Origin: Craspedostauros australis
Taxonomy: Eukaryota
Direction: 5' to 3'
DNA length: 46,934 nucleotides
NCBI GenBank assembly: GCA_030167865.1
Contig: JALAGF010000903.1
Location: forward strand, 1-46,934
Shown in pieces: positions 10,137-20,130 of this stretch (its first letter is position 1; each line of letters opens with the position of its first letter). The notes beneath the pieces were generated by a model, which was not told the DNA's origin, made no database searches, and saw only the letters and a list, made by a program, of their open reading frames with translations. Made by a program: the position numbers and the translations under genes.

Positions 10137-12206
10137 CTATTCCACCGTCTTGCTGGAGCGCGCTGGCGCTGCCGCTTGTTTTTCGCTGGCGTCGGCTGAC
10201 AAAATCGACATCATCACAAGGCCCAAGACCACGAGACCGATGAGGATGAGGAAAATGTAGAATAGCGCACCACGCCCTGGGTCGTCCTCGCCTTGCTTTG
10301 TGCCTGTGTACAGCGGTGGCGTCGTTGCTGTTGACGTTGGTGCGGGTGTTGCCGGTTGATCGGGTGGGTTCGTTGTTGTCATGTCAAATCGGGTGACTTG
10401 CACCGTCGGGTTGCTGGTGGGAGCATTGGATGGGACACTGCTTCTTCTGAGCGAGGCACCGCTTGTTGACGGCGGTGACGTCGACGGCGCACTTGATATC
10501 GGGGGCACGACTTCGTGGAGTGTTGCAGATCCTTTCCAAACACAAGATTGGTAGTCACCTGAATGGAAGACTTGTGTCTGAACGCACTGTGCCGGAGACG
10601 CGATGGAGACGATACCATGCTCCCGGCATTGGCGTCGATCGAACGCTTCCTTCACGATTGCGGTGCTACCGTGTTGATTATCGGAAGAGGTTGGCACACT
10701 GCAATATCCCGAGTGATCCAAATAGAGCGAGACGCGGGCGCGCTTATGCTGGTCGTTGCTTGGGGGTTCGGACCCGATCGCAATGACGGAGCCTGACGGA
10801 TTCAATGACAAGGACAGCTGTGTCGACCGGTGGTTCGTCGTTCGTGAGCGAACATACGATGATACTACCGGTGCTGCCGATGCAGAGGATGTGATCATCA
10901 TCTGTGGCCCATGCATCCATTGCTGCTGATCGAAACGGTCATACACAAAAACTTGCCGTGGATGTGATGTTGTCTTTTGCGATGGCGGTGAAGTAGCAAG
11001 GGCGACGATTCGATTGCCTTCATCTGTCATCACCACTTGTTGAACGATGCTGCGAGCAGGGCCGAAGCCCTCGTCGGATGTCACCACGGTTTCAAATATC
11101 AGGCTCCAGCCACTTGGTGCGTCAAAATGGGCTTTCATCCAGTGGAATACCCGAAGGTCTGACGGCGAGGCGGCTTGGAGGGAGGAGGCCCCGCGTGCAG
11201 TGTTGGAACTGGTATTGGTGTTGGCCTCGGTGTTGTTGTAGTCGTTGCGCCGCATGCCTTGATCGCTGCGTTGGATTGACGACGCCACGATGTAGGGGTC
11301 GGCTGTGTTGCTCATGTCCATGAACTGGCCAAGCTGCTCTCCTGGCGCGTGGCCGACGATGGCACTGCCGAATTGAAACCATTCACCGTTGACGAAATCA
11401 AATACTTGGATCATGCCACGTTGGCCATCGAATCCGGGTGCCGACACAGCAATCCGAAATGCGCGTTGGGTTTGATGCAGCGACGATGGAGCTTCAGCGA
11501 AAACTACTTGCGATCCAAATCGCGCACCGGAGTGCTGTCCCTGGAGACGGGAACCTCGAAGCTTCCAGCCACGTTCTTGCGGGTGGTACGTGTGAGACTG
11601 GACGAAGCCGCGATATCCATCGGATGAATCGCATGCTGTGATGAGATGGTACGCATTTCGTTGCTGCTCCAGGTCGAATGCCTGCGCGATGGATATGGAC
11701 GTGTCAGAGAGCGGCCCGTCGCAGATGCGGACACTGTTTCCAACTTGCACGTTGTTGGGAAGCGTGGAGAGGACATCGACGTAGCTTTGGCCGTCGCTGC
11801 CTCTTCGTCCGACTGCGAGGAACAACCCGTTATCCGCCATGTCGAAATAGTTGCCCATGTGCTCCTCCGACGATCCACGGAGAGTGGCTATCAATTTCCA
11901 GTCGCATGATGTGACGAAGTCGCTGTCGCTGTTGGTGCCATTGCCAGCGCCGTTGTCAGCGCTGCCAACCGTGCAGCTGGCGCGATGGTACAAGAAAATG
12001 GCACCATCGCCATTCGAAAAGTCGGGATCTCCCACGGCAACTCGGTCGGATTTCTCGGAGATCTTGACAACGGTACCGAAGGCGGAGGATGCCTGCGGCT
12101 CGGAGATGGAGCTCAAAAGATTGAATCGTTCTTGAGAGGCGCCAGCAATGCCCATCAGGCAGGCAAGGAGCATGGATGAGATGGTGAAGTCGATGCCTCG
12201 CATCAT
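10137..12206 (-). CDS. Type I membrane/cell-surface protein with FG-GAP-like beta-propeller repeats and Ser/Thr/Pro-rich stalk
   Basis: ATG at 12206 (689 aa). Signal peptide 'MLLACLMGIAGA'; repeats 'FGTVVKIS...VAVGDP....GAIFLY' and 'FGSQVVF...IAVSAPGFDGQRGMIQVF'; STP-rich linker; C-terminal TM 'ALFYIFLILIGLVVLGLVMMSIL'; short cytoplasmic tail. Confidence 0.7.
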   Translation of the reverse strand: MMRGIDFTISSMLLACLMGIAGASQERFNLLSSISEPQASSAFGTVVKISEKSDRVAVGDPDFSNGDGAIFLYHRASCTVGSADNGAGNGTNSDSDFVTSCDWKLIATLRGSSEEHMGNYFDMADNGLFLAVGRRGSDGQSYVDVLSTLPNNVQVGNSVRICDGPLSDTSISIAQAFDLEQQRNAYHLITACDSSDGYRGFVQSHTYHPQERGWKLRGSRLQGQHSGARFGSQVVFAEAPSSLHQTQRAFRIAVSAPGFDGQRGMIQVFDFVNGEWFQFGSAIVGHAPGEQLGQFMDMSNTADPYIVASSIQRSDQGMRRNDYNNTEANTNTSSNTARGASSLQAASPSDLRVFHWMKAHFDAPSGWSLIFETVVTSDEGFGPARSIVQQVVMTDEGNRIVALATSPPSQKTTSHPRQVFVYDRFDQQQWMHGPQMMITSSASAAPVVSSYVRSRTTNHRSTQLSLSLNPSGSVIAIGSEPPSNDQHKRARVSLYLDHSGYCSVPTSSDNQHGSTAIVKEAFDRRQCREHGIVSIASPAQCVQTQVFHSGDYQSCVWKGSATLHEVVPPISSAPSTSPPSTSGASLRRSSVPSNAPTSNPTVQVTRFDMTTTNPPDQPATPAPTSTATTPPLYTGTKQGEDDPGRGALFYIFLILIGLVVLGLVMMSILSADASEKQAAAPARSSKTVE

Positions 12207-13102
12207 GCTTGGATGCACGCGTATCGTATGCGTTACTTGTTCGTTGATTGTGAAGCGACTGCAACTTTATGAGGTTTGCCACTTCAAGATCTGATGTCTG
12301 CGTGGCGTCGCGTGCTTGAGTATGGACGGACGGTCGATAAACTCGGTCGCTCCATAATTTGCAACAGCGCAGTCTCGCAGCATACTGTATTGTCGCGCTG
12401 GTACGTGTATGGTACCTCTTGGCAGATTGTTTCGTCTTGGCCTTGATGAGGCAGGAACGGCTAGTTTCTCAGTTGTCTCACCAATCCGAAACGTCCCGCC
12501 CGTTTTTCGACATTTTGTTTTCTGTCGCATCGCATCGCATGAAGTTGCTCCTTCCCGCAGACAAGTTGCGAGACACCCTGTCGATGAACATCATCTCCTT
12601 TATTGTGGAGGAAGTGTTATGTGTGCTCGTAGGTGAAGAGAGCGGATCGTGCCATGGATTGCGCTTCTGTTGTTGCCTTTTGTTCCTGGCTCTCTTCTCG
12701 GTGGCCTTTGTTGTGAGCAAAACGGTGTCCAGATCGTACGCAAAAGTCTGAGCCACGATAGTGGGGTGTTTTTGCCCAACGCTGGATGGGGCCTCCATCA
12801 GTACGTCGTCGTACACGAATGTGCAGGATCGTTCGCCAGACGCAGAGAAGGAAACTTGGTTGTTCTGTGGCCACACCGAACCAAACCCACCATTTTCCGT
12901 GTTGGGTTTGTCGCTGCGATGTGCCTCTCAGCGGTTCCCAAGCACTCCATTGCGACAATAACTGCGTCTGCATCTGCCACTCCTACAACTACAATTCCTG
13001 TTACTGTGATTCACATCGGTACTGTAACTACCACTGCCGCCGAAACTGCTAGTGGTGCTCACTTATAACTCGACCAGGCCAAGACCATGAGGAGTGAGAG
13101 CA

Positions 13103-14272
13103 ATGGCTGCCACCAACGCTGAAATCACGCTTTACGGGCAGGTGGTGGTGGGGCCTCCCGGATCTGGCAAGACGACGTACTGCACGGGGATGCAGGACTA
13201 CCTGCGGTTGCTTGGGCGGGATGCCTGGGTCATCAACCTCGATCCCGCCAACGAGGTCCCCACATCGAAGCCAGGTTCATCCGCAGAAGCCAAGCCAAGT
13301 TCAGACATAGGCAAAACTTCCCATTCGAATGCGCTGCCCTACGAGACCTTGCTGGATGTTTGTCAAGACATCATCAACCTGTCATCTGTCATGAAGGACT
13401 TGCACTTGGGACCCAACGGTGGTTTGGTGTACTGCATGGAGTACATCACCAAACACGTGGATACGATCATCGACATGATCAGCGCTCGCATCCAGGAACG
13501 CTTGCCCAACAGCCGCCCCTACCTCATCTTCGATCTGCCGGGTCAGGTGGAGCTCTACACCCATTCCGACACCATCCAATCCCTGTTTGCGAAATTGATC
13601 GCACGCCTACGGCTCCGCTTGGTGGCGGTGCAGCTGATCGACGCGCACTATTGCGCGGAACCGACGAACTTCCTTTCCGCCGCCTTGCTCGCGACTAGCA
13701 CCATGATCCGGCTGGAACTGCCGACGGTCAGTGTCCTTTCCAAGGTGGATCTGTTGGGGAATTACGGACCGTTGCCACTGGCGTTGAACTATTTCGTCGA
13801 ATGCAATGATCTTGATCGGTTGCTTCCCTTCCTGGAAGGCAATCATGCCGGGGGCACGTCGGAAATGAACGATGGCACGTTGTTCGCCCTCGATCTCGAT
13901 GGCGATGGGTACAATCCCAGCAGCATCGACGTCCAGGACACGTACGCGGATGATCCGGATTTCCAAAAAGCACGCAAGCGCCGGAGGAACACACGGTTCT
14001 CCAAAAAATTCGAAAAACTGCAAGGTCTGTTCGCTGAAGTGGTGGACGACTTCGGGCTGCTGTCCTTCCTCATGCTCGACATTTCGAAGGCAGAGTCTGT
14101 GGGGAGGGTCGTGGCAGACATTGACAAATGCAACGGGTACATCTTCACCTCCAGCGAGACGAGCAACGCCAATCACGATCTATTCCAGTGCGCTGTGCGG
14201 GGCGACGCGGGGGCCTACAACGACCAGGAGACGATCCTGACGATCACAGAACGGTTGAACTCCATCCATCGT

Positions 14273-14308
<36 letters not shown>

Positions 14309-14329
14309 CAACAAGTACACGGGGACTAG
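13103..14329 (+). CDS. GPN2: GPN-loop GTPase 2
   Basis: 'YGQVVVGPPGSGKTTYC', 'INLDPAN', 'LGPNGGLVYCMEY', 'FDLPGQVELYTH', 'VLSKVDL', 'IDKCNGY'. First ATG 13103 (408 aa). Confidence 0.92.
14273..14314 (+). repeat. CAG/CAA trinucleotide tract encoding Q14 at GPN2 C-terminus
   Basis: (CAG)10 CAA CAG CAA CAA. Confidence 0.95.
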
Positions 14330-15266
14330 ACGACCGGTGCCGATCGACGAAGTAACTTCAGGATCAGCAACAGGACATGGCCGAAGCATTGGCACTGCGT
14401 GCGTTCAGCAGCGTCTCCCTCTCGAATGAACGAAAGAACGAACGAAACAGACGAGCACCACGAAGAAAATTGAGCAGAAGATACAATTGCGCCCCAGTCA
14501 AGTCACGTTCAATATGGTCGAGTACGTATTCCAGTCTCCGCCCGCAGCCACATTGTGATGCTCGGTTGCGCTGTGGCGATTAACTTTGCAATCGGTGCTC
14601 GACGAGCATGATGTTCCCAGGCCCACTGCCTACAAAATATATAATATTGCACGACGATGGATAGGGATCAAGAGTAAAAAGTAGAGCAGAGTGAGTAGTC
14701 ATAGTAGTACGGGTATAACATGAGGAACTGCGAGGATTGCATCCCGACGAGCATTCCAATTGACATTTTACTGCATCATCTGTCCGTCTGCCGATTTACA
14801 CGAACGTCCGTGTTTGTGGAAAAGGTTGCTGGTTGTGGCGAGCAGAGTAATCGAGTTGGTCAGTGCCAGAAATCTTGTACGTACAAACACACAGCCACGA
14901 CAACGGCGATACGAAAAAGAAACAGGGCCGACAATGACGGAAAAAGTCGCATGACCCATGCGGAGCAGAGACACACACTGCCAAACCGCACAAGTCTTGG
15001 CAGGCGCTGCCATCGCCCACAGATTGCAACCGTCACTGTGGACAGCACAATACTGCTGTGGTCTGCTATTCTATTATTCAACTCAACTCAACTCCCTACC
15101 AACAGAGAGTCTAAGTCAGATTAGATCGTGCAACAGCTCATCTTGCATATTACTACAAGTAGAATACATTGGCAATTGCAGCTTGGGTCATCCCTTCCCC
15201 TTCCCACGGTGGCTGCCTTTCACAACGCAACAGCTCGCCCGCAACGTGGCGAGTAGCGAGAGAGGC

Positions 15267-17774
15267 ATGCGCGAAATGGGAAGTCCCAGATCGCCTCGCC
15301 AGATGGGTGCCTCGCGCAGTGCCTCGTCACCGCAGAGCATGCCCCGTCCGCCCCCGCTTCCGCAGTCACCACCGAAGGAAACACGGCTGGTGGCACTGCC
15401 GCCCCCGCGTTCGCCTGGCGCCGTGCGCATAACGAATGCGTCGCCACAAGCGTTCAAGACGAAGTTGAAACCGTCGCCGCGAGCATCGCCGCTACGAACG
15501 AGCCATCCTGAATCTGCGATCGGAAGCGTGGTCGCCGACATCGCCGCAAGTCACAGCACCAGCAACGGCATCAGCAACGGCAAAGCCATGAATCTTACCA
15601 GCACAGCAGACGCACCGACGCCGACGCTTAGTTTGCTGCCGCGCATCACCGTACCGACGGTCGATGAAATGAAAAGCGAGGGGAAGACGAACGGCGGAAA
15701 GGAAGACGAAGAAAAAGATCAGGGCACAGGCGAGGAGGAGGGCGGGGATGCGGCACAGAGACAGTCGCCGCTCAAGGCAGCGTCGGAACTCATTCGGTCG
15801 CTGGATACAGCGTACACTCAGGTCAGCTCGGTCGCCATCAACACAGCGAGGAATGCCGAAGACGCGAGGCGCAACGCCAAGGCAGCGTCAGAAATTGCCC
15901 GTCGGTACTCATCAGGCCGCAGCATCTCGTCGACGACATCCCGCAAGCACTTGCCATCGCCCATGAACGGCGGGGCGTCCATCGCGAGCGCCACCATTTC
16001 CATTGGCGGGGTGTCGCTCACGAGTCCGTTGCGGTCGCCGGCCAACAGCGAGCAGCTCTTGTCCACGAAGAGCCGTGGAAGCTACGCTCCCTGGGATGAC
16101 ATCAACACGGTCGATGATGCTGGAGGCCCGCCAGCCTTCGCCACGACACCCGAGGACTCGAAAACAGCAACCACACCAGCCAACGGTAACGATCCGAAGC
16201 ACGGCGGCCCGCACTTTTCAGAATCCACCCCGCTCTCCATGTCCAGCGCCATGTCCAACGGAGGTGGGAGCAGATGGCGGCGTCAGCACAAGCCACCCAG
16301 TTCTGTCGGCCGTCTGGCACAGAGCCACGCGGACGAAGTCCTGGCGCTGTCCATAGAACTCGAACGGTCCAAGCAGGCCTTGCAGACGGAGCAGCAACTT
16401 CATGACGACTCCAAGGCAGCCCTGGCAGCATCGCGCACCAAGAACAAGCATCTCGAGGGTCAGATTCGGAAGATGCTGGAGGAGCAGGAATCTCGCCGAG
16501 ACGAGGTGGGGCACAAGTCAGAGCAGCTGGAACAGGAGCTCTCACGAGCGCAGTATCGCGTCCAAGCAGCCGAGGAGGACGCGCAGTTGGCGTTGGACCT
16601 GGCCAAGCAGAATGCGCAGACACGGGAGCAGACGGAAGGTCGTCTGGAGGATGCGATGAAGGAAATCCATCGTCTGCGCCAGCTCAACGAGGCGCACATG
16701 CAGAATCACCCCATGAGTGCTGCATCCCAACTTGTCGCTAGCGACCCCAACAGTGGCAAGCATGTGCGCTTCGCGGACGAGGCCAGACCCGCAAAGTCCA
16801 ACCTCAAGCAGCCGCAACAATCGTCTTTGAAACAGGCGGTGCAGGGGGAGATGGAGAAGGCGCAGCAAACCAAATCAACCATAGACATGCAATCGACACA
16901 GCAGGACGAAGCCGCGGGATTCGATTCGCCAGCGCGAAGCAGAGCCCCGCGATCCATGATCTCCGCAGGACGGCACTTGTTGCGCCGTGCCAGGGCGGAT
17001 GCCACCAAAACGGACATATGCACAACAGTGGAGTTCACACCCACCAAGTCGGCAGAACGAAGGCGCAGACTCAAGCAGCGGTTGGAGCATCTGACTTCCA
17101 ACGAATCTCCGCTCATGCGAATTGCGAACAACATCCCCCCGAGCCCAGGCATGGGGCAGTCCACTGCCTTGGTGTCATCCAGTCCAGCACGCGGTGGCGT
17201 GTTCTCAGACGAGGTCCGCAATGCCGCCAAGCTGCTGCAGGACAGCGGCAAGCGATTGCAGCTGGCGGGGCACTGGTGGAGAAGCAAGAGCGCAATCCAG
17301 GACATTCGGCTCGAGGCCATGACACGGCAGTACTGCCAATCCGTTGAGGTAAGCACCGTGGCGGCGTCGGCCTGCAAAAGTGCGCCTTCCCATGTACAAT
17401 GCCACATTCTTTGCCACCCCATCGTGGGAACAATCACCCAACTCAATCCTCGTTTCTCACACTCACCCGTTTTTTTGTCGGTGTCATTGCCGTTTTCACT
17501 TCTCTCCTCGTCCTTCTCCTTATTCCATGCCCACAACGCAACCTATGATGATGGCATACATGCGTACTACACACACACAAACAACAATATGCACTTCACC
17601 TGTGTGGGATTGTCACAGTTCAAGATGGATCAGCACAAGAAGCAGATTGATGAGCTTGACGCACTGTGCGGATACCTCGAGCGCAGCATGGATGTCACAA
17701 TCGCCACCAAGAAGGATGGCGATGCGCAACCCACGGAATCAGAAGAGAAGGAGATTGCAGAATCGTTGGTCTAA
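15267..17774 (+). CDS. Hypothetical coiled-coil protein (Ser/Pro-rich N-terminus); 2 exons (15267-17348, 17619-17774), ~745 aa
   Basis: Long ORF with heptad-rich E/Q/L segment (~16330-16700). Probable intron 17349-17618 (GAG|GTAAGC...TCACAG|) whose translation is not protein-like. Start chosen at MREMGSPRSP and is uncertain. Confidence 0.7.
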   Translation: MREMGSPRSPRQMGASRSASSPQSMPRPPPLPQSPPKETRLVALPPPRSPGAVRITNASPQAFKTKLKPSPRASPLRTSHPESAIGSVVADIAASHSTSNGISNGKAMNLTSTADAPTPTLSLLPRITVPTVDEMKSEGKTNGGKEDEEKDQGTGEEEGGDAAQRQSPLKAASELIRSLDTAYTQVSSVAINTARNAEDARRNAKAASEIARRYSSGRSISSTTSRKHLPSPMNGGASIASATISIGGVSLTSPLRSPANSEQLLSTKSRGSYAPWDDINTVDDAGGPPAFATTPEDSKTATTPANGNDPKHGGPHFSESTPLSMSSAMSNGGGSRWRRQHKPPSSVGRLAQSHADEVLALSIELERSKQALQTEQQLHDDSKAALAASRTKNKHLEGQIRKMLEEQESRRDEVGHKSEQLEQELSRAQYRVQAAEEDAQLALDLAKQNAQTREQTEGRLEDAMKEIHRLRQLNEAHMQNHPMSAASQLVASDPNSGKHVRFADEARPAKSNLKQPQQSSLKQAVQGEMEKAQQTKSTIDMQSTQQDEAAGFDSPARSRAPRSMISAGRHLLRRARADATKTDICTTVEFTPTKSAERRRRLKQRLEHLTSNESPLMRIANNIPPSPGMGQSTALVSSSPARGGVFSDEVRNAAKLLQDSGKRLQLAGHWWRSKSAIQDIRLEAMTRQYCQSVEVSTVAASACKSAPSHVQCHILCHPIVGTITQLNPRFSHSPVFLSVSLPFSLLSSSFSLFHAHNATYDDGIHAYYTHTNNNMHFTCVGLSQFKMDQHKKQIDELDALCGYLERSMDVTIATKKDGDAQPTESEEKEIAESLV
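17349..17618 (+). other. Probable stop-free, frame-preserving (270 nt) intron
   Basis: Canonical GTAAGC donor, pyrimidine-rich interior, CACAG acceptor; join reads YCQSVE|FKMDQHKKQIDEL. Confidence 0.7.
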
Positions 17775-17965
17775 CGATCTTCGCATGCTTATTCGTACTC
17801 CTCTGTAGAGATACAATTATGTACCATTATTACCCACTGATTGGAATTCCGCCTCTCAACCATACGAGTGCTCATATTGGCGCAAAACAATCACTCACGC
17901 CGCAACAAAAGAGGAAAGCGATATGTGATCCTTGACTCCTCTCTATTCGTATTCGTGGCAGATTA

Positions 17966-18110
17966 CACTGTACTCGCGGACTTCGGGTACTCTATTTCGG
18001 ATCAACCGGGAATCTAAAAGTATCCGGAGTCCTATCAGGTGTGGTTGGGCACCGCCGTTCTCGTACATGCCATCGGGGGCCACAGCATTCCTGGCGTGGT
18101 ATTTTCAGTG
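17966..18110 (+). ncRNA. Candidate structured RNA element (three-way junction), family not recognised
   Basis: 14-bp stem GGACUUCGGGUACU (17978-17991)/AGUAUCCGGAGUCC (18019-18032) with G-U pairs; second arm 18036-18093; closing stem 17966-17977/18094-18110. Confidence 0.4.
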
Positions 18111-18245
18111 CTCTCCATCACATGATATTGTGCGAACGCTGTTACAATAATAGTATCTTCAAAGTCACAAGCTCATCCCTTCCAGGGCTTGCCACTGTAC
18201 AGCTACTATATCGAGAGGGAGAACGTACAAGTACGAGTACTTCTC

Positions 18246-19712
18246 TCAAATGTTAACGGCTGCGGTTTTGCTCTCCCGTTCCCGCAACCCATGCAACAAT
18301 ATCCCGGCAGCGATGGGCACGCTCAGCGAATCAACGCCATCCTCCATGGCAATCCTCACCTTGTAGCTGCATGCCTCCCTCGTCGCTGCGCTAATCCCGA
18401 TGCCCTCATTGCCGAAGCAACAGCACCAGTTGGACGGAATCTCGCCTTTCCTCACATTGCTCAAGAGAAGAACACTGCCGTTTCTGTCACCATTCTGAGC
18501 AGCTGATTCATCTGCAACAGCCGCAAACGAAGCGATCTGCAAGGGCCCCTCTTTCCATCGCCGAAGTGTGCTGGCCAGGTCTTCCACACGCACGATAGGC
18601 ACCCGGAAGATGTGTCCCATGGAGACACGCACCGAACGTCGGTACCATGCGTCGCAGCAATCTTTGGACAACACTACAGCACAGATCCCGAATGCGGAGG
18701 CACACCGTATCATGGAACCCAGATTGGACGTATCGCAGATTCCATCCAACGCCAAAATACGGATGGGCTGACACGGTGATGATGTTGGTTGTTGCTGTCT
18801 CATTCGCGTCAGCAGAACGTCCAGCCATGCCTCATCCCTGCATGTCGGCACAATGCCGCACGCCAGAATGCCCCTCGTCACTGGATAACCAGCCACCATG
18901 CTGATCACTTTCTCTTCTGCCAACATCACGTGGAACGGCGGTGCATTGGCCTCGTTCGTCTTCGCCTTCACTTGCTCGATGTCATGGAGCAAATGCACTG
19001 GCGGTTGCAGCACAAAACTGGGCTTGCAAAAGATGCTCATCGCGCAGATAGCCATGCTCCTCCCAGGCTGTCCATGTGGCCCATGCTGCCCATGTGGCCC
19101 ATGCTGCCCATCATCACCCAAGCTCCCTCCACACTGTTGAATCAGCAGCCGGACAGTCTCTGTGCCTTCCGCAAAGAAGATCTGGTCTCCCGATGACTTA
19201 TTGGCGGCGGCTGCTGCTGCCGCTCCAGGATCGCTTCTACTGCGATCATGCTTCGTGTCTACAATGTCGAAATACGGGCCTAGCAGCTTCCCCAAGCTGG
19301 AGTCCGGATATTCCCTGGCGGCCCGCACCGCGTCTTCATCCACTTGCGTCACAAAGTGGCAGTTTCTCCTAATCCAATCTTGAACGCCTTGCTTGGCAGC
19401 AACCTCTGCCTTCTTGCGGCCCTGTTTTACCAGCCACTTGCGTCGCTTTTCTTCCTTGATGGCCTTTCCATCCACGCTCTTTCGCTTGTTGTCGCGTCTT
19501 TCGGCGCTGCGCTCAGCTTTGCTGTCAACCTTGTTGCTGCAACCGTTGCCGTTCCCGGTGCCGGCGGTACCACTATTGGCGTCATCGTGCTGAGGACACG
19601 TGAGAAGTTGCGATGATATTGACGATGACGACGTTCCCGATGCCATCGTTCCCAGTCCTTCTGGTCCATGTTCTGTTGCTTGATTCTTTCGATTTGTGCC
19701 TGCCTCATCCAT
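18246..19712 (-). CDS. SpoU/TrmH-family RNA 2'-O-methyltransferase
   Basis: SPOUT motifs 'ILALDGICDTSNLGSMIRCASAFG', 'RSVRVSMG', 'FGNEGIGIS', 'VRIAMEDGVDSLSVPIAAGILL'; N-terminal 'FFAEG'. First ATG 19712 (488 aa). Confidence 0.9.
   Translation of the reverse strand: MDEAGTNRKNQATEHGPEGLGTMASGTSSSSISSQLLTCPQHDDANSGTAGTGNGNGCSNKVDSKAERSAERRDNKRKSVDGKAIKEEKRRKWLVKQGRKKAEVAAKQGVQDWIRRNCHFVTQVDEDAVRAAREYPDSSLGKLLGPYFDIVDTKHDRSRSDPGAAAAAAANKSSGDQIFFAEGTETVRLLIQQCGGSLGDDGQHGPHGQHGPHGQPGRSMAICAMSIFCKPSFVLQPPVHLLHDIEQVKAKTNEANAPPFHVMLAEEKVISMVAGYPVTRGILACGIVPTCRDEAWLDVLLTRMRQQQPTSSPCQPIRILALDGICDTSNLGSMIRCASAFGICAVVLSKDCCDAWYRRSVRVSMGHIFRVPIVRVEDLASTLRRWKEGPLQIASFAAVADESAAQNGDRNGSVLLLSNVRKGEIPSNWCCCFGNEGIGISAATREACSYKVRIAMEDGVDSLSVPIAAGILLHGLRERESKTAAVNI
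19072..19107 (-). repeat. 18-bp tandem duplication encoding (GQHGPH)n insertion in the SpoU protein
   Basis: ccatgtggcccatgctgc x2 on + strand; protein GQHGPHGQHGPHGQ. Confidence 0.85.
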
Positions 19713-20130
19713 CGTTGCAATGGTTCCGTTGCTGCTTTGCCATGTCGGGACAACTGCCTTTCGTTGCTCGAACGTGCGGCGATGCCCAAAGCCTCCGTAC
19801 TCGAAACCTGTAGTTGTACGCAGCGCGAGACGATCACACACTTCGAGTCCACCGTGGCCAACGAGTGCGAGCAGATGATGGCCTTGAAGATCTTCCAGAG
19901 CGCACCGAATTTTTCACGCAATCTGGTACACTCTAGACCAAATACGAAGCTAGAGAACAAGAGGTAATGTTGGTGCAATCTTCTGCATTTCACCAAAGCA
20001 GTACGTACACTTTAGGAGACAGTACGGCACGACTGCACAGCACCATGCATGCGCCACACTCTACTTCAAAGAAGCACCAATCAAACTTCAAGACTATACG
20101 GGATTGCTGCCCGAATATGTACTCCACATT

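Noticed and set aside
12359-13068. Overlapping 75-139 aa ORFs between the FG-GAP and GPN2 genes
   Set aside because: No motifs, mutually overlapping on both strands; more likely a divergent promoter/UTR region.
14958-15266. 103-codon in-frame N-terminal extension of the coiled-coil ORF
   Set aside because: Composition is UTR-like and there is no targeting-type pattern; not supported as coding.
17966-18110. Identification of the fold as TPP or cobalamin riboswitch, U1/U2/U4/U5, SECIS or hammerhead
   Set aside because: Diagnostic motifs (CUGAGA, ACUUACCUG, GUAGUA, GCCUUUUAC, AUGA/GA quartet, CUGAUGA/GAAA) are absent.
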